A stretch of DNA of 64,000 nucleotides from Podarcis erhardii (lineage: Eukaryota). Positions 1-12,316 of the stretch are shown here, in pieces (within the stretch, counting starts at the first letter, position 1; every line of letters begins with the position of its first letter). The position numbers and the translations under genes are program-made. A model generated the notes under the pieces. That model searched no databases and was not told where the DNA came from. It saw only the letters and a list, made by a program, of their open reading frames with translations. The stretch lies in the NCBI GenBank assembly GCA_964252035.1, contig OZ176212.1; one strand, written 5' to 3'.

Positions 1-66
1 CCCACGTCTCATCCTGTCAGGGGAATGTGAGACGGGGTAAATCCACATGCAATGGGGGTGGCATGC

Positions 67-315
67 AGAAGAAGGAGAAGAAGAGTTTGGATTTGATATC
101 CCACTTTATCACTACCCGAAGGAGTCTCAAAGCGGCTAACATTCTCCTTTTCCTTCCCCACAACAAACACTCTGTGAGGTGAGTGAGGCTGAGAGACTTC
201 AGAGAAGTGTGACTAGCCCAAGGTCACACAGCAGCTGCATGTGGAGGAGCGGGGAAGCGAACCCAGTTCACCAGATTACGAGTCTACCGCTCTTAACCAC
301 TACACCACACTGGCT
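67..315 (-). mobile_element. tRNA-headed, MIR/Ther1-like SINE (Squam3-type, about 250 bp)
   Basis: The reverse complement begins AGCCAGTGTGGTGTAGTGGTTAAGAGCGGTAG (tRNA-like head), has a CORE-like middle and ends GATATCAAATCCAAACTCTTC-(TTC)n. It is near-identical to the copy at 47288-47537. The subfamily name is from memory. Confidence 0.8.
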
Positions 316-755
316 CTCCCCATCTCCCCTTCCTATGCACTTACAATGTCTCACTAAAATACCTTTACTTATCTACACTGAAGAGGAATTTCAGAGGCAC
401 AGCAGCAAGCACACAGGCATTGTGGGTTTGAAAGCAACACCACTTCAGTCCACAAGGGTCTGGAAGCCTAGCACCAGAAATCCACTGCCTCTGTCAACTT
501 TTCAACAACTCTTATGGCTCTTCCTCCCACCCAGCTGCCTCTGAGGGTGGCTTCACACATGACTTCTCAAAACCAGACTGATCGCCATCTTGGAAGAACA
601 GGGCCTATAACATGCAATGGGAAAGTATGTCTCTCTATTTTTCCTTTTAATCCCTCTTGGGAGGGTCAAGACCCACAACAGCTACAAGGGCGTTTCCCAT
701 CTTGGTGAGAACAGGGTGGGTCAGCAGCTCCTCTTTTCAATAGCTTGTTACTTAC

Positions 756-2433
756 AAGTCAAACACCAGGAACATGAAGGCAGATGACTCATAGGAATCT
801 ATCAGAGTAACTAGAGAGGGAGAGAGAGAGAAGGAGGGGAAAGAGGGGGATTGGATTATACAGTTTGAGAGCTGATTGCTTCACCGAGGTAAGATGGCAG
901 GAAACAGCTCCAGCTCAGTGCCTAGAGACAGGCAGCTACAATGAAAAAGAGCATGGCCACAGTCTTATTGTGCTAACAGTGCTGTGTAGCTTTAGGAATG
1001 GGGGAATCTACTGCCCTCCAGCATGGCCAATGGTAACAAATTATGAGAACTAGAGTCCCACAGCTTAAGGGAGGCGGTCACAGGTTAGACACTGCTGAAG
1101 TAGGCAGTGGGGGGGGTGTATTCATCCCTTTCAGCAGTAGGGTAGGAGAACTGGGGGGGGGGGATCACATTTGGCAACCAATGCGCCCCTTTGGTTTCAG
1201 ATGGTACATGGCTAGGCAAGTCTAAAAAACCCAGGACACAAATTTTCATGACCCTCTGTTGACTGTGGTGGCTCATTTACCAGAAGTAATGTATTTACTG
1301 TTAACTCTGGAATGTATACTCTATTTTGCCCAAACTAAGACGCCTGACGTATATTTTGCTCCAAATTGCCACTCCCCAACAGACCTCCCTTGCTCCTTTC
1401 GACTCCCCCTTCCCACTTTGCTACATTCCACACTCCCAGCAATCTCCTGCTCCCCATCCCAATGCAAACCCTAAACATGGTTTCCTCCATTCTGACAACA
1501 ATTAAGGGCAGGGCAATTCTCATTACCAGTCCACATAGCCAGCAGTCAAGGATGATGGAAGTGGCAGCCCAGCAACATCCAGAGTGTCACAGGTTCCCCA
1601 CCCCTGATTTAGGAGTGTGCAGGATGAGACCACACAGTGATTAAGGAAGTAGAGATGGGCACAGATGTCAACATGGTGGTGTGCTGTGAATGTTGAGATC
1701 ATCAACATGGTGGAAGGCCTAGATGCTGGGAGGGGGGCAGGGTTCATTTGGGGGCAACTATACAATATAAAATTACATTTGAGAAAATACTAGGGTTTCA
1801 GAAGGAGGCCAAAATATTGGGATGCACATTTGGGTTACAGAGATGCTGGGCTGGGTGGGTAGTCACTCACTGATGTAGGGGTGTCCGGAGACCTGGCGCA
1901 GGATTTCAATCTCTTTGCCTGTCGATAAGCGCACTTCCTCGAGCTGCTGTGGGGTCATGCGTTCCGGAGTAACCTCAATAATCTTCACTGCATACTCCTG
2001 GCCTGTCTGCTTGTGTATGCAGCGTCGGACCACGCTGCTGACACCTCTACAGAGGAGCAGAGATGAACAAACAGCAAGAGAGACGTCAAGTTTCTAAAAA
2101 CTTTGGCTCCACGGTGGGGAAGAAATGTAGGACAGAGGTTGGAAAGCCATATCTCCTCCAGATGTTCTGGACTACAGTTCCCATCATCCCTTATGATTGG
2201 CCATGCTCTCTGCTGGGAGCTGAAGTCCAACAATATATGGAGGGAAACAGTTTATCCACTTGTGGTGTAATGGGTCCCCATCCAAGCACATTATGCAATC
2301 CATGATTCCCCCCCCCCCTATCCTGACCCACTCCTCACCTGCCAATTACATCCTTAGGGTCATATTTCTGGTAGAACTCTTTGGCTCCAGCCCAGTCCGG
2401 AAGCTCATCTTCTAGACCCACGTCCCGGGTCAT
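756..2433 (-). CDS. PHKG2: Phosphorylase kinase gamma 2 catalytic subunit, first three coding exons (gene continues left of the window)
   Basis: Exons are 2433-2339 (95 nt, [31 protein letters not shown]), 2046-1871 (176 nt, [26 protein letters not shown]...SGHPYI) and 810-756 (55 nt, [18 protein letters not shown]). All junctions are GT-AG and in phase. The sequence matches PHKG2 rather than PHKG1, and synteny with TMEM265/SRCAP agrees. Confidence 0.96.
2133..2260. mobile_element. Degenerate short non-autonomous DNA-transposon-like repeat (CTCCAGATGTT..GGACTACA..CCCATCATCCC family)
   Basis: Related copies occur at about 7130-7245 and 13745-13855. This is a common squamate interspersed repeat; the family is not firmly identified. 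Confidence 0.5.
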
Positions 2434-3426
2434 CCTATTGTAGATGTGGAATGCTCTGGATCAAGAGCTGAAAAGCAAAGGGTGATGGCGGCAGTGATAT
2501 TTAGACAGCTGAATACTTCAAGCACCAGCTACCCAAGAGGAGACATTTTGAAAGGTCAACATGGAAGGTGGAATGCAAGGAATGCAACACAGCAGTTGGA
2601 GAGCTAAGAAGGGCAGTAAACATAAAAGGCAATGGATGTCTGATGTCAGGGGAGGCAGGTAGAGACATGCCAATTACCATGCCACTTTCAGGGGAGTTGT
2701 GGAAGAGATAAAGGAGAATGACCCAGTCTTGGTCATCACTGGGCAGTAACCATTGGTAGGGCATAGCTGACAATTTCAACAGACACATTTCAGCCATCAA
2801 GTTATCAAGGCCTCCGACACAAATCACAGGTTTCCTTTAGATCATCAAACTAGTCAAAATCAACAAGTTGGAGGACTGCATCAGATTTCCCCAAATAGGG
2901 AAGAAAAAGACCAAAAAGCCTGAATTAGCGCTCTGGCACAACCACAATGGCAGGTTTATTGCTGCCTTGACCATATAACTACAGCAAGACTGCAGGGGGG
3001 AGTAGATTGCAGAACTGATCTAAGGGAGATTGCTCTTCAAATGCCAGGCATGAATGGTGCAGCTTATATCCTTTGTTTTCCATCTTCATACTGCAACAAT
3101 TCTGATATTTCTTCCTCCAAGCAACTTGGACCAACATTTCAGCTGCCTTATAACCCTGTGCGGTTAAGCTATGCTAAACCCCACAGAGATTATGAACTCA
3201 GATCTCTCTGCAATACGGATGCCATCCAAAATATCCTGACTGCCACTGTGGAGTTTCATTTCAAACAAATATGCATAGGATTGCACTGTGTGTTCAATAG
3301 CCATCTATTACATCCCCATGACTCTCATATTTCTTTAGTCCTTCAAAATAGATCCTTACAACCATGAGTTTGAAACAATACACTGCAATTACAACTCCTG
3401 GGTATCAATACAAATTAGGGAAATAA

Positions 3427-3593
3427 AAAGAGCCTTCTGGGTTGGACCAATGATCTGGCCATCATCCTGTTCTCATAGTGGCCAGCCGTATGCCTATGAG
3501 AAGGCCGCAAGCAGGACCTGAGCACATCCTGTGGTTTATAGCAGCTGGTTATCAGGATCTCACCACTTCTGATCATGGAAGCAGAGTATAGCC
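3427..3593 (-). mobile_element. CR1-type LINE 3' end remnant
   Basis: Homologous to 54191-54395 and about 7620-7700. The better-preserved 54191 copy ends on the reverse strand in GGACTAG..TGATCCAGCAGGCTCT..ATTCTTAT, a CR1-like 3' terminus; this copy is more degenerate. Confidence 0.6.
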
Positions 3594-4564
3594 AAATAAC
3601 AACAGTTGAAGGGAACTTTTTTCAGCCACATTCCCTTCTAGACAAGCTTCTGGGGGCTACATGCCCCATGCAGGGCTGGACAGGGGCAAACACAAAAGTG
3701 GGAGGGGCAACAAGTGTCAATATAACCTTTGAACATTAGGCTACTTCCTACACACACTCACACACCGCTCTCTACCCTCCGTTCAGGGAAGCAAAGAGTT
3801 CTAGGACACATTCCAGCCAGGCAAAACCATTCAAGGAGTGTGCAAAGCAGGGCCCATAAGGGGTGTGGCTGGGGAGAGTGCTGAGAGCCAGACAGAGAGG
3901 TTGGGAGGGCTAGAAGACCACATTCGGCCCCCGAGCATGAGGTTTCCCACCCCTGAATCAGAATAAACATGCACTGACAACAGGCTTGGCAGTTGATCCA
4001 GATTGTGCACAGGAGCATATCACAATCCCTATTAAACAATTACATCCCTACTAAACAATCCCTATTACATTATTTGGAGTGTATAACCCCTTCTACAAGA
4101 TCAAACCCATAATACCCCTCATTCTTTCCCCATCCCAGGACTTCCCCTTCTAAAAACATCCTGCAACACTGGACTACCTTGAAGGACTGGTGTAAGGATT
4201 ACTAAGACAGCCCTTCGTTCATTATATAAATAACCAACGTTTAAACTATTATACTATAATCTATGCAGCGGCTGAGACAAGATACCCATGCTGTTTATCC
4301 TGAAAGTCCCCTTCCCAAGTCTCAATTCAGAGCCACGCAGAGGTGGGACATGCACTCTGTTTATACTCAGAGGCACTCTGTCCGTAGATTTCAGAACCGT
4401 GGCCTAGCACTGTCAACAGGTTCCGGGGCTCATGAGAGCCCCGGGGTGAAATGAAGCCTTGCCTATCGGTCCAGCCCTTCCGAGTCGTCTCCCTCTCCTC
4501 TCTCCAGAGGGATTCCACACACCGCCCCGCCCGCGCACGCGGAGGGACTCCCCGAGATCCTCAC

Positions 4565-5100
4565 CCGGCAGCGCCGTTGCTGGATGCGAGTGAATGACCC
4601 CCACCTGCAGCCGGCGACTCCCAGGCTCCGCCTCCCCTTCTTTCTGATTGGTCCGTCGCGTTCCAAAGGCGCGGCCGGGCAGTAGCACCAATCGGCGAAA
4701 GGAGAAAACAGGGTGTGTCGAGACGGACGAAGGCCGGCATCCAGTGAGTGGACGGATGGAGAGGGAGCGCTGTCAGCGGCAGTAACCAATCAGCGCTAAG
4801 GTGAAGAAATATGAGGCGGGGATTAAAAGAGGAAGCGGCTGTTTCCGAACGGCAGCAGGGGAGGGGAGAATGCTCAGCCAATGAGCAAAGCCACGGAAGG
4901 GCGGGCAAAAGAAGCGCGTTATTGACAGGCGAGTTGACCCATCGGCTGCTCGTTTTGAGAAACAGAGCTGAGGGGAGGAGCTCAGAATCCGAAGGCTGGG
5001 GAAGACAGCGGCCAATCGCGATCGGAAGTGGGCGGGAGCAGAACATTGGGGTTATTCAGGGTTTCATAATCGCGATACTAAAGGTCAGGATGAGGTCACA
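4565..5100 (-). promoter_or_regulatory. PHKG2: PHKG2 CpG-rich promoter and non-coding exon 1
   Basis: CpG-rich, with CCAAT boxes at 4647-4651 (ATTGG), 4688, 4786, 4878 and 5012, GC boxes, and an ETS-like CGGAAGTG near 5025. Minus-strand donors are CCGG|GTGAGG (exon end 4565) and GCAG|GTGGGG (exon end 4605). The downstream acceptor TTTTCAG lies at 2468, ahead of the ATG. Confidence 0.7.
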
Positions 5101-7369
5101 GCTACTACTTTCCCTCCTTCGGTTATTTGTTAGGCAATTACACAATAAACGCCCCCCAAAACGAAAAATACACTAGGGTCTCTCTACGGAGCAGGAGGGA
5201 ATTTGTGCCTTTTATTTCTATCTCCATAAACTGCTGCCTCTGGTCTCCTGGGTGGTCCTTTCGTGTCTTTCAGTTTGGGGCAAATCAGGAGTTTGGCTGT
5301 GAACAAAATAAGATGATAATGATGATGATTCCATCTTTCCTCCAAGGAGCTCGAGGCAGCACATATTTCCTGCCTACCTCCTCTTCCGCTCTTCACAACA
5401 GTCTTGTGAAGTGAGTTCTGGCTGACAGATACAGTAATGACCCGCCCAGGGTCACTCATTGCTCATCATGGATGAATAAGCATTTGTACCTGTGTCTCCC
5501 TGACCCATCATTTTAACCTCAACTTCACAGTTGGTCTTCGGGTTTCCTGCACTGAATAAATTGCTCCATCCCATGATATCCATAGGGGAAGAAAATCCCT
5601 CCAGTAGGACACCCAGCCACCCAGAGGCAGCTACACAAAGTGTAAAAGGATTCCTGGGGCCAAAAGGCTTTCCCTCTCCTTCTGCATATGCGAAATCAAA
5701 CTACATGGCCTCTCCTCCACCCCAAATTTTGCCATGACAAAGATGTGATCTCTAACATGCAGTAAGAATCGCTCACTCTCTTCTTAAGGTGGGAGGGAGG
5801 GGGTTATTGGTTGGTTGGTTTTATCATGTATTTTTAGGTTGTGAACCAACCTGAGATCTGCAGATGAAGAGCGGTATACAAATTTAATATAAACAAATAA
5901 ACAAATAACACGTGCCTACCGCTCAGGTACAGTTATATCCGTTGTCTGATCAGCATCTGCCAGTAGTGGTTATACAACTGTTGTTATTAATACTTTTTCA
6001 TTAAGCATTAATGGAAGTGTAACTTCAGAACAGCATCAAGCATTACAAAGCAACATAGGCTTGTGTGCAACACCATACAGTCAAACAACATGACTGCCCC
6101 TCAAGAATCCTGAGAATGTACTTTGTGAAGGGTGCTGGGCACTATGAGGGGTAAATTACAATTTCCAGGATTCGGGGGGGGGGGGTTAATGGTTAAAATG
6201 TATGGCGTGTATGAGGCTGAAGTTGGCAATACAACTCACACAGCTGTTGTATATGTATCATGTAAAAAGCTGCCACACCGCGGCCCTCAACTCTGTGCCA
6301 TACCACAGAGTAACTTCATCACATAACTGCCCTCAAATACTTCTAATTCCAGATGCTAACCAGCAGCCTCTCCCTTGGAGCCTGCATGTAACAAGAAATC
6401 AGCAATTAAAATAGTTGTGAATGTTAACACCTTTCATCTCAGCTAAGAATGCTAAGCCTGACTGACACCCCCCAACCATTCTTGCCTCCAATTACATATG
6501 GCTGAAGGCTCTTCTCTGCATATTGTATGTTGCATTAATTTACCTTTTTAATTGTCTGCCCTGCTCCGTAACAAGAAAACAACAAATAATATTGGAGTGG
6601 CACCTTAAAGACTTGGATATCTCATAAATCTGCTGGTTTTTACAGCGTCACAAGGTGCTGCCGTTGTTTCCTCAGTTTGAAGCAGGGTGGGTTCATAAAC
6701 TGACAAAGGCAATTTCACTTCCTTTTAAGTTAATGTTTAAAGGAATGTTTACTCTCACAATGGGCTTGCCTCCACTTGGAGAATAGCTGCATCTTAAACA
6801 TGCTCAGCATCATCATGTTTCTGAGCAGGTCATTACCGGTCAGCGGATGTGAGTAAAGGAAATAGGCATTGACATGATGGGGCAGACCCACACATTTAGA
6901 GCACATGTGGATCTGTCCCACAATGTCAATGCATTTTTAAATCAGATGACTTCCCGCAAAGAATCATGGAAGCCATAGCTTGTTAAGGGTGCTGGGAATT
7001 TGTAACCACCTCCAACCACCGAGGCCAGGCAGAGGCAGCAGCTGGAAGAAAATAAGTGGTGGTACAGTGGCAGGATCTCCTGCCCTCTGTGGAGCTTGCT
7101 AGAAGTGGGTCGCTTCAGGTCACCTCATTGTTGCACCGGGCATGGGACTACAACTCCTATCATCCCTGACCAATGGCCATCCCAACTGGGGCTGATGATA
7201 GTTGGAGTTCAACCACATCTGGCAGGGGGCACAACTATTCCTGCCACTAGACACCAAGTCCAATGTTTTATCTGTTTCTTCCAGCCCTACTCCTGTAATG
7301 GCCACCCAAGAGACAAGTGGAACAAAAACAACAACAACCCACCCCCATGAAATCACTGTAGTGCAACTG

Positions 7370-7375
7370 TTTATT
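7370..7375 (-). terminator. Candidate poly(A) signal (AATAAA) of TMEM265
   Basis: TTTATT on the plus strand, about 580 nt past the TMEM265 stop codon. Confidence 0.45.
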
Positions 7376-7952
7376 TGTATTTTTGCATATATAATTGATG
7401 GACAGAATAAAAATGCTTATTGAAAATAAATTAAATAAATAAAAGATTGAAGCAAGAAACACAGCACAGTGCAGAAACCATGTTCCTGTGTTTCCAATAT
7501 CCTTCTGTTCCAAGGGAGTGGATGCTAGCATCTATGCACAGGAGCAAAACCTGAATCAGGACAGAGCAGATACTTTGCCTCAAGAAGAACTCAGGCACAT
7601 CCCAGCTACGCTAGAGCTTAAAGAGGAGGTGCCTCCCAGCTCAGAGCAAAGGCCCCTCTAGTCCAGCATCCTGTATTCCACTGTAGCCAACCAGATATAT
7701 GTTTTATCCTGGTGAGTCCATAGAAGCAGGCCACAGAAATCCGATGTCTGCAGCAGAAGCTGTTCCATTTCGCCAGTCTCTCTTCTAGGACTTCCGCAAA
7801 GCAGGCTTTGACAATAGTTCACCAGACCAGGGTGCACATAACAAAGACCCACATAATACCCATTTCTGCTAAATCCAGCTGGGCAAGTATGTGGGAACCA
7901 GAGGAGAAGATGATCCTGGAAGTCCCAAGTCACATGTTCTTCAGGGTCGTCA

Positions 7953-9555
7953 TCATTCGGCTTGAGTTAAGAGGTAGGAAATGAGGTATACTGACACGGG
8001 CACCAGAATGATGAGGGACACCCAGACACTGATACTTAGGACAGACAATCTCCGGGACCTCCGAGCCCAGTCAGCCGCTGATACCTGGGAACCAGCCTTT
8101 TGCTTCTCACTAGCCTGGATGGGACAAAACCAAGAGAGAAAACCTCATTATTGATGTCACTTATTTTAAAGAAACAACTTTACATTTTAGGTCCCCTCCT
8201 CTGGAATTACCTTTCTCAGTGTATCTTGATGATATGTGTCATTTCCTTGCAACCTTTGATCTTAGTAGCCTTGACCCAGATTAAGGCTATATAATTCTAA
8301 GCTTGTTGTATAATCTTAGGAGGGGCGTACGGACGTGAAGGGGCATGGCTGCGACTCTCATTCAGGGACCCAGCACTTCTGGATTTGACTCCAAAGGCCT
8401 ATGCCACAGAATGCCTGCCTTGCTGGGGAACTAGGGCTCCTTTCCCAGTCCAGGTGGGGTGGCTCGGCTGTCAGAGGGATGGCATGGCCCAGAACACCCC
8501 CAACATCCCTTTCTGGCCACACATTGCAGGGGAAGATCAGTAGTGGTGGCAAGCCCTCTCAGGGAATCTTGCCCACCATCTCCGGCCTTGTTGAGGAACC
8601 CCAAGGGTTCTCTAGAGCAGACTTTCATTGCCAGATGGAACGCAACGATTGCCGTGCCTTGGTTTCAGAGTGTACATCTCCACAGAGCATTCACTGCAGT
8701 TTCACCACATGACAAGAATGTGCGGGAGCTTCAAAGGCAGTAAATATTGGCCTGGGTGGGGCAGTGAGGTGGCTCCTGCCCACGACTGCAATACTCTGCT
8801 CAGGAAACATCTCACGCACACACCCCATTTAACAAAGTGGATCTATCATTTTGTTTCATTGATATGACAACCCTGGATATACTACATCACTGGATCTCAG
8901 TCACTTTTTACATCGCCTAACATAATATCACATTGGCATGCCTTGAATTTTTGAGCTGCCCATTTGTCCTGTAACTGCCCATGTGTGGGTCCAGCTGCCC
9001 ATTTTTTGTTTAAAAAGCACACTTGCAAGGACACAGCAGGCACAGCTATAGTTATTTATCTGGAAAGGAAGGCAAGAGAATGGCAGAAGCTGTTAAGATC
9101 CCAGGGGGTTTTCATCTGATCAGTAAATACATTTGTAAAGGCTCAAGGTTTTCTCTAACCAAAGTGTACTCACAGTGGACCTAGTGAACTTAATGGATCC
9201 AAGTTTGCCGTCTTCACTATTTTAAATGGCTCTGTTCTGAGTATGATCAATATCAAACCCGCTTCCCCTCCCTAAGCCTCCAGGAATTCTTTCCCTAGAA
9301 ACTGGTTCAGATACTGCACTGCATCCCTTGTCTCACAAGCAGCAGATAACTCACCTTGGTTGCATAGATCAGTGCTAGGACTCCGATGCAAGAGCAGCCA
9401 CAGATGATGCTAAATATGGCCAGACCGCGCAGTCTGTGGTTATGAAAAGGAGGAGGCTTGGCAGGCATGTCCTGGATGTCTGCTGGGATCATCGTGATGG
9501 TCTCTGCAGCATCTTTCTGAAGGGTCCCATTTTTGAGCTCCTGCTCTCCTTCCAT
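7953..9555 (-). CDS. TMEM265: Transmembrane protein 265 (CD225/dispanin family), 120 aa
   Basis: Exon 9555-9355 reads MEGEQELKNG...RLRGLAIFSIICGCSCIGVLALIYATK and ends AAG|GTGAGT. Exon 8114-7953 reads ASEKQKAG...WARRSRRLSVLSISVWVSLIILVPVSVYLISYLLTQAE*. It shares the SIICGCSC motif and the C-terminal ...AE with human TMEM265 and lies between SRCAP and PHKG2. Confidence 0.93.
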
Positions 9556-9689
9556 AGCAACTGGAAAGTTGCTGAAGTGTGCTGAGAAGCCTGCGCTTTT
9601 CTCTCTGCTGTTTCAATTATCGCCACGATCAGTGATGACCTGAGTCCACATTTGTGCTTCTAAATTCCAAGCCAGGAGCTTGAAATAGC

Positions 9690-9850
9690 CAGTGGAGAGT
9701 TCGATCTTAAGAGGGTCAGGTTCAAACCCCACCTCTTCTGTGAATTCTCTGTACAGCACTGAGAAAGTGACTTTCGCTCTTGGCCTCAAGTTTCCTTTGT
9801 GTAAAATACCTGGGCGTATTATCGCCCTACCTCACCGCTGCGAAAGGAAA
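9690..9850 (+). mobile_element. Old MIR/CORE-like SINE remnant
   Basis: GGTTCAAACCCC...GGCCTCAAGTTTCCTTTGTGTAAAAT...CCTACCTCAC resembles the MIR CORE consensus. Similar decayed copies lie at about 46990-47100, 59670-59850 and 60105-60290. Confidence 0.5.
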
Positions 9851-10368
9851 CGTGGAATTTAAAGAAATGTCTTTCACAAGCTGAAAGTGTTATAGAAATG
9901 ATAAGGTAGCCACGCCCAAGAATTCACCTGAAGCCAAAAGGGTGTGATCCTCTTTATGCCTAAGTAAGTCTCAGTTCCTCAGTCTTCAGTACAGCTCCTC
10001 TGAAGGAAGAAATATTGAGAATAATCCAACATCCGCAGGCTGGGAGCTCACCTCTCAGAAACACTTTTATACACACCTGGCAGCTCCCAGTTTGTTTGGT
10101 TAGACCTTTTTTGGGCTGGGTCCCAGACTCTTTATTGGGTGAGGTCACTGTTGTTGGACCTGACTCAGGTATGCAGGTTGCAATTCCTCCTGAGATCATA
10201 CTCTGCTTCCCTCTTTGTCTACAGGCTAGTGCTTCAGCTTAACTGGGTTGCAGTTCAGGGAAACTTAAGAGCAGGAATTTAAATTAATGCAGGCAATCTG
10301 GGGGCGGTCTCCTTAGCTGCTGAAGGGAGATCAGGCTGAAATGGCAAGGTAGGCAAAATTACCTGCTG

Positions 10369-10446
10369 GGAGCCGCCCAGAGTGGCTGGGGAAACCCAGC
10401 CAGATGGGCAGGGTATAAATTAATTTATGATGATGATGATGATGAT
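10369..10446 (+). mobile_element. L2 LINE 3' terminus with (GAT)n tail
   Basis: AGCCGCCCAGAGTGGCTGGGGAAACCCAGCCAGATGGG..GGTATAAAT matches the 3' end of the L2 copies at 21243 and 56098. Confidence 0.75.
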
Positions 10447-11186
10447 CCACAGTCTCTGGGAAAGGGAGGGATGTAGTGGCACGAGTTAGCACTGTGGGTT
10501 CCTTCGCCCCTAACTTTTACACCTATCACAACTAGATTTTTATGACTTTTAAGTGGTTCCAAAAAAGAAGAGAGGGGGCGATACAATATTGCATCCACAT
10601 ATTGGTTGTCTAGCCTCACTGACTTCAATTTTAGAGCTATATAGTGTGGGACACACTTACTGTAGCCTTCACAGGTGTTTTTTCGGTCCCCCCCCCCAAC
10701 TTTTATCCTAACAGAGATAGCAAAGCTGAATGCAGTGCCTCAGTAACAAAATGGACTCTTTTTCAACTCTTCTTTGCCAGTCCTTCAGATGCCTCAGGTC
10801 TGAGGCCTAGCACATCATGCTCTGAGGCTCAAGTGAGCTCAGCCTCCAGTTCTGCTCTCATGTAAATATGGCTAAGAACCAAACTGCAGAACTCTAGAAT
10901 GGTTGCACCTGCTGGTTTACACATGTAGGTTTTGCAATAACACAGGATTCTCATTTCACCGTAACTGAGAACTTTGCATTAACTTCCAAGTACAGGTTTC
11001 ACTCTTGGATTCTGCAAGATTTCACATTTTGATCCCCTGAAGGCACTTTTTAGAAGACAAAAGGGGCGTAAGAAAAGAAAGGCTGACCCATCCAGCCCTC
11101 TCTACCCCCTGCCAAAAGAACAAATGTTTCCTTTAAAAGTTGTTGTTTTGTAATTACAATTAAGCAACTGTAGCACAGAGGAACTA

Positions 11187-11425
11187 CAGTGGAACCTCAG
11201 TTTTCAAACTTAATCCATTCTGGACGACTGTTCAGCTTCCGAAAAGTTCGAAAACCGAGGATCAATGGGCTGGCTGCAGTCAAGGGGGAAAAAATGAAAA
11301 ATGTGGATCAGAAGCTGTTCGGCTTTCAAAAATAGTTTGAAAACCAGAGCAGTTACTTTTGGGTTTCGGCGTTCGGAAGCCGAAACGTTCCAAAACGGAG
11401 GCATTTGGGAACCGAGGTTTGACTG
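11187..11425. mobile_element. Tc1/mariner (Tigger-like) MITE
   Basis: TA|CAGTGGAACCTCAGTTTTC ... GAACCGAGGTTTGACTG|TA, with terminal inverted repeats and a TA duplication. Same family as 53506-53747. Confidence 0.8.
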
Positions 11426-12316
11426 TATCTGTTTAAATTAAGGACTTGTTTCCTAGCATTACCTGTACCCATTTGGCCACTGCCCGGGTGGTTCTCATTT
11501 CTACAGCCACTCATATAATAGCCCCAAAGTGGGCTGTGTTTCAGAGGAATGCAGCCACTTGCTTTTTCACAAAACACTATGTTGTATGGAAAAGCTACAA
11601 GTCAGAAGGCTGTTATGAGAGGAATATGCCAAAAATGAATCAAAAGGCCTAAAAAGTGTTAACGGGAAGTCATATATCAACTGACTCATTGTTTACTCTT
11701 GGTTACTGTTGGCTTCGGAAGGTGTCATTCCTGATGCTGGCTACAAAAATGTGACCAAACTGGTCCCCCGTTGTTTGTGGCATTGCCTGGCAGTGGGAAC
11801 TTTTGTGCAATTGCCCCGTCCCTCAGCTGAGGCGTGCCCTTGTTTAGACTTGCCTGGGCCCATTTCTGGCTCCTTGATAATCTATTCTTGCTCATGGTAC
11901 TTTCCAGATTAGATAAAAAACCTAGATATTGCAATAGCAAGGAACTAGCTCTTCTCCACCAACCTGTGGAGGTAGTACAGGCCTCCCTATTAATCCCCGC
12001 TCCCTGAAAGGTATAAAACCAAGAGGGAGCGACTTCTCTCCCCCAGCGATCAAGAGACATTAAGAGTCAGAGGACACGCTCCAGCCAGTCAGAGACTTAG
12101 GGTGCAAAGCAGAGTCAATGAGGGGTAAAGTCCAAGGATTGTCCCACAGGCTTGGCAAGTGGCTTGGAGGACTGCATTTGGCCCCTATGCCTAAGTTTCC
12201 TCACCCCTATCAACACTGTTAGAGCCCAAAAAACATTCCTTTTGGTACGAATGCTCTTGCACCAAAGAGGATACCTCACCCAGAGTACAAAATAAATAAG
12301 GATGGACGCCCTGTGA

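Noticed and set aside
179-544. 121-aa plus-strand ORF (and the similar ORFs at 47171-47520 and 47886-48257)
   Set aside because: These lie in or run through SINE copies and are chance ORFs in repeat sequence.
2518-2540. GGTAGCTGGTGC on the minus strand, resembling the SNORA30 core, in PHKG2 intron 1
   Set aside because: There is no matching 5' GCACC stem, no ANANNA box at the right distance and no second hairpin or ACA box.
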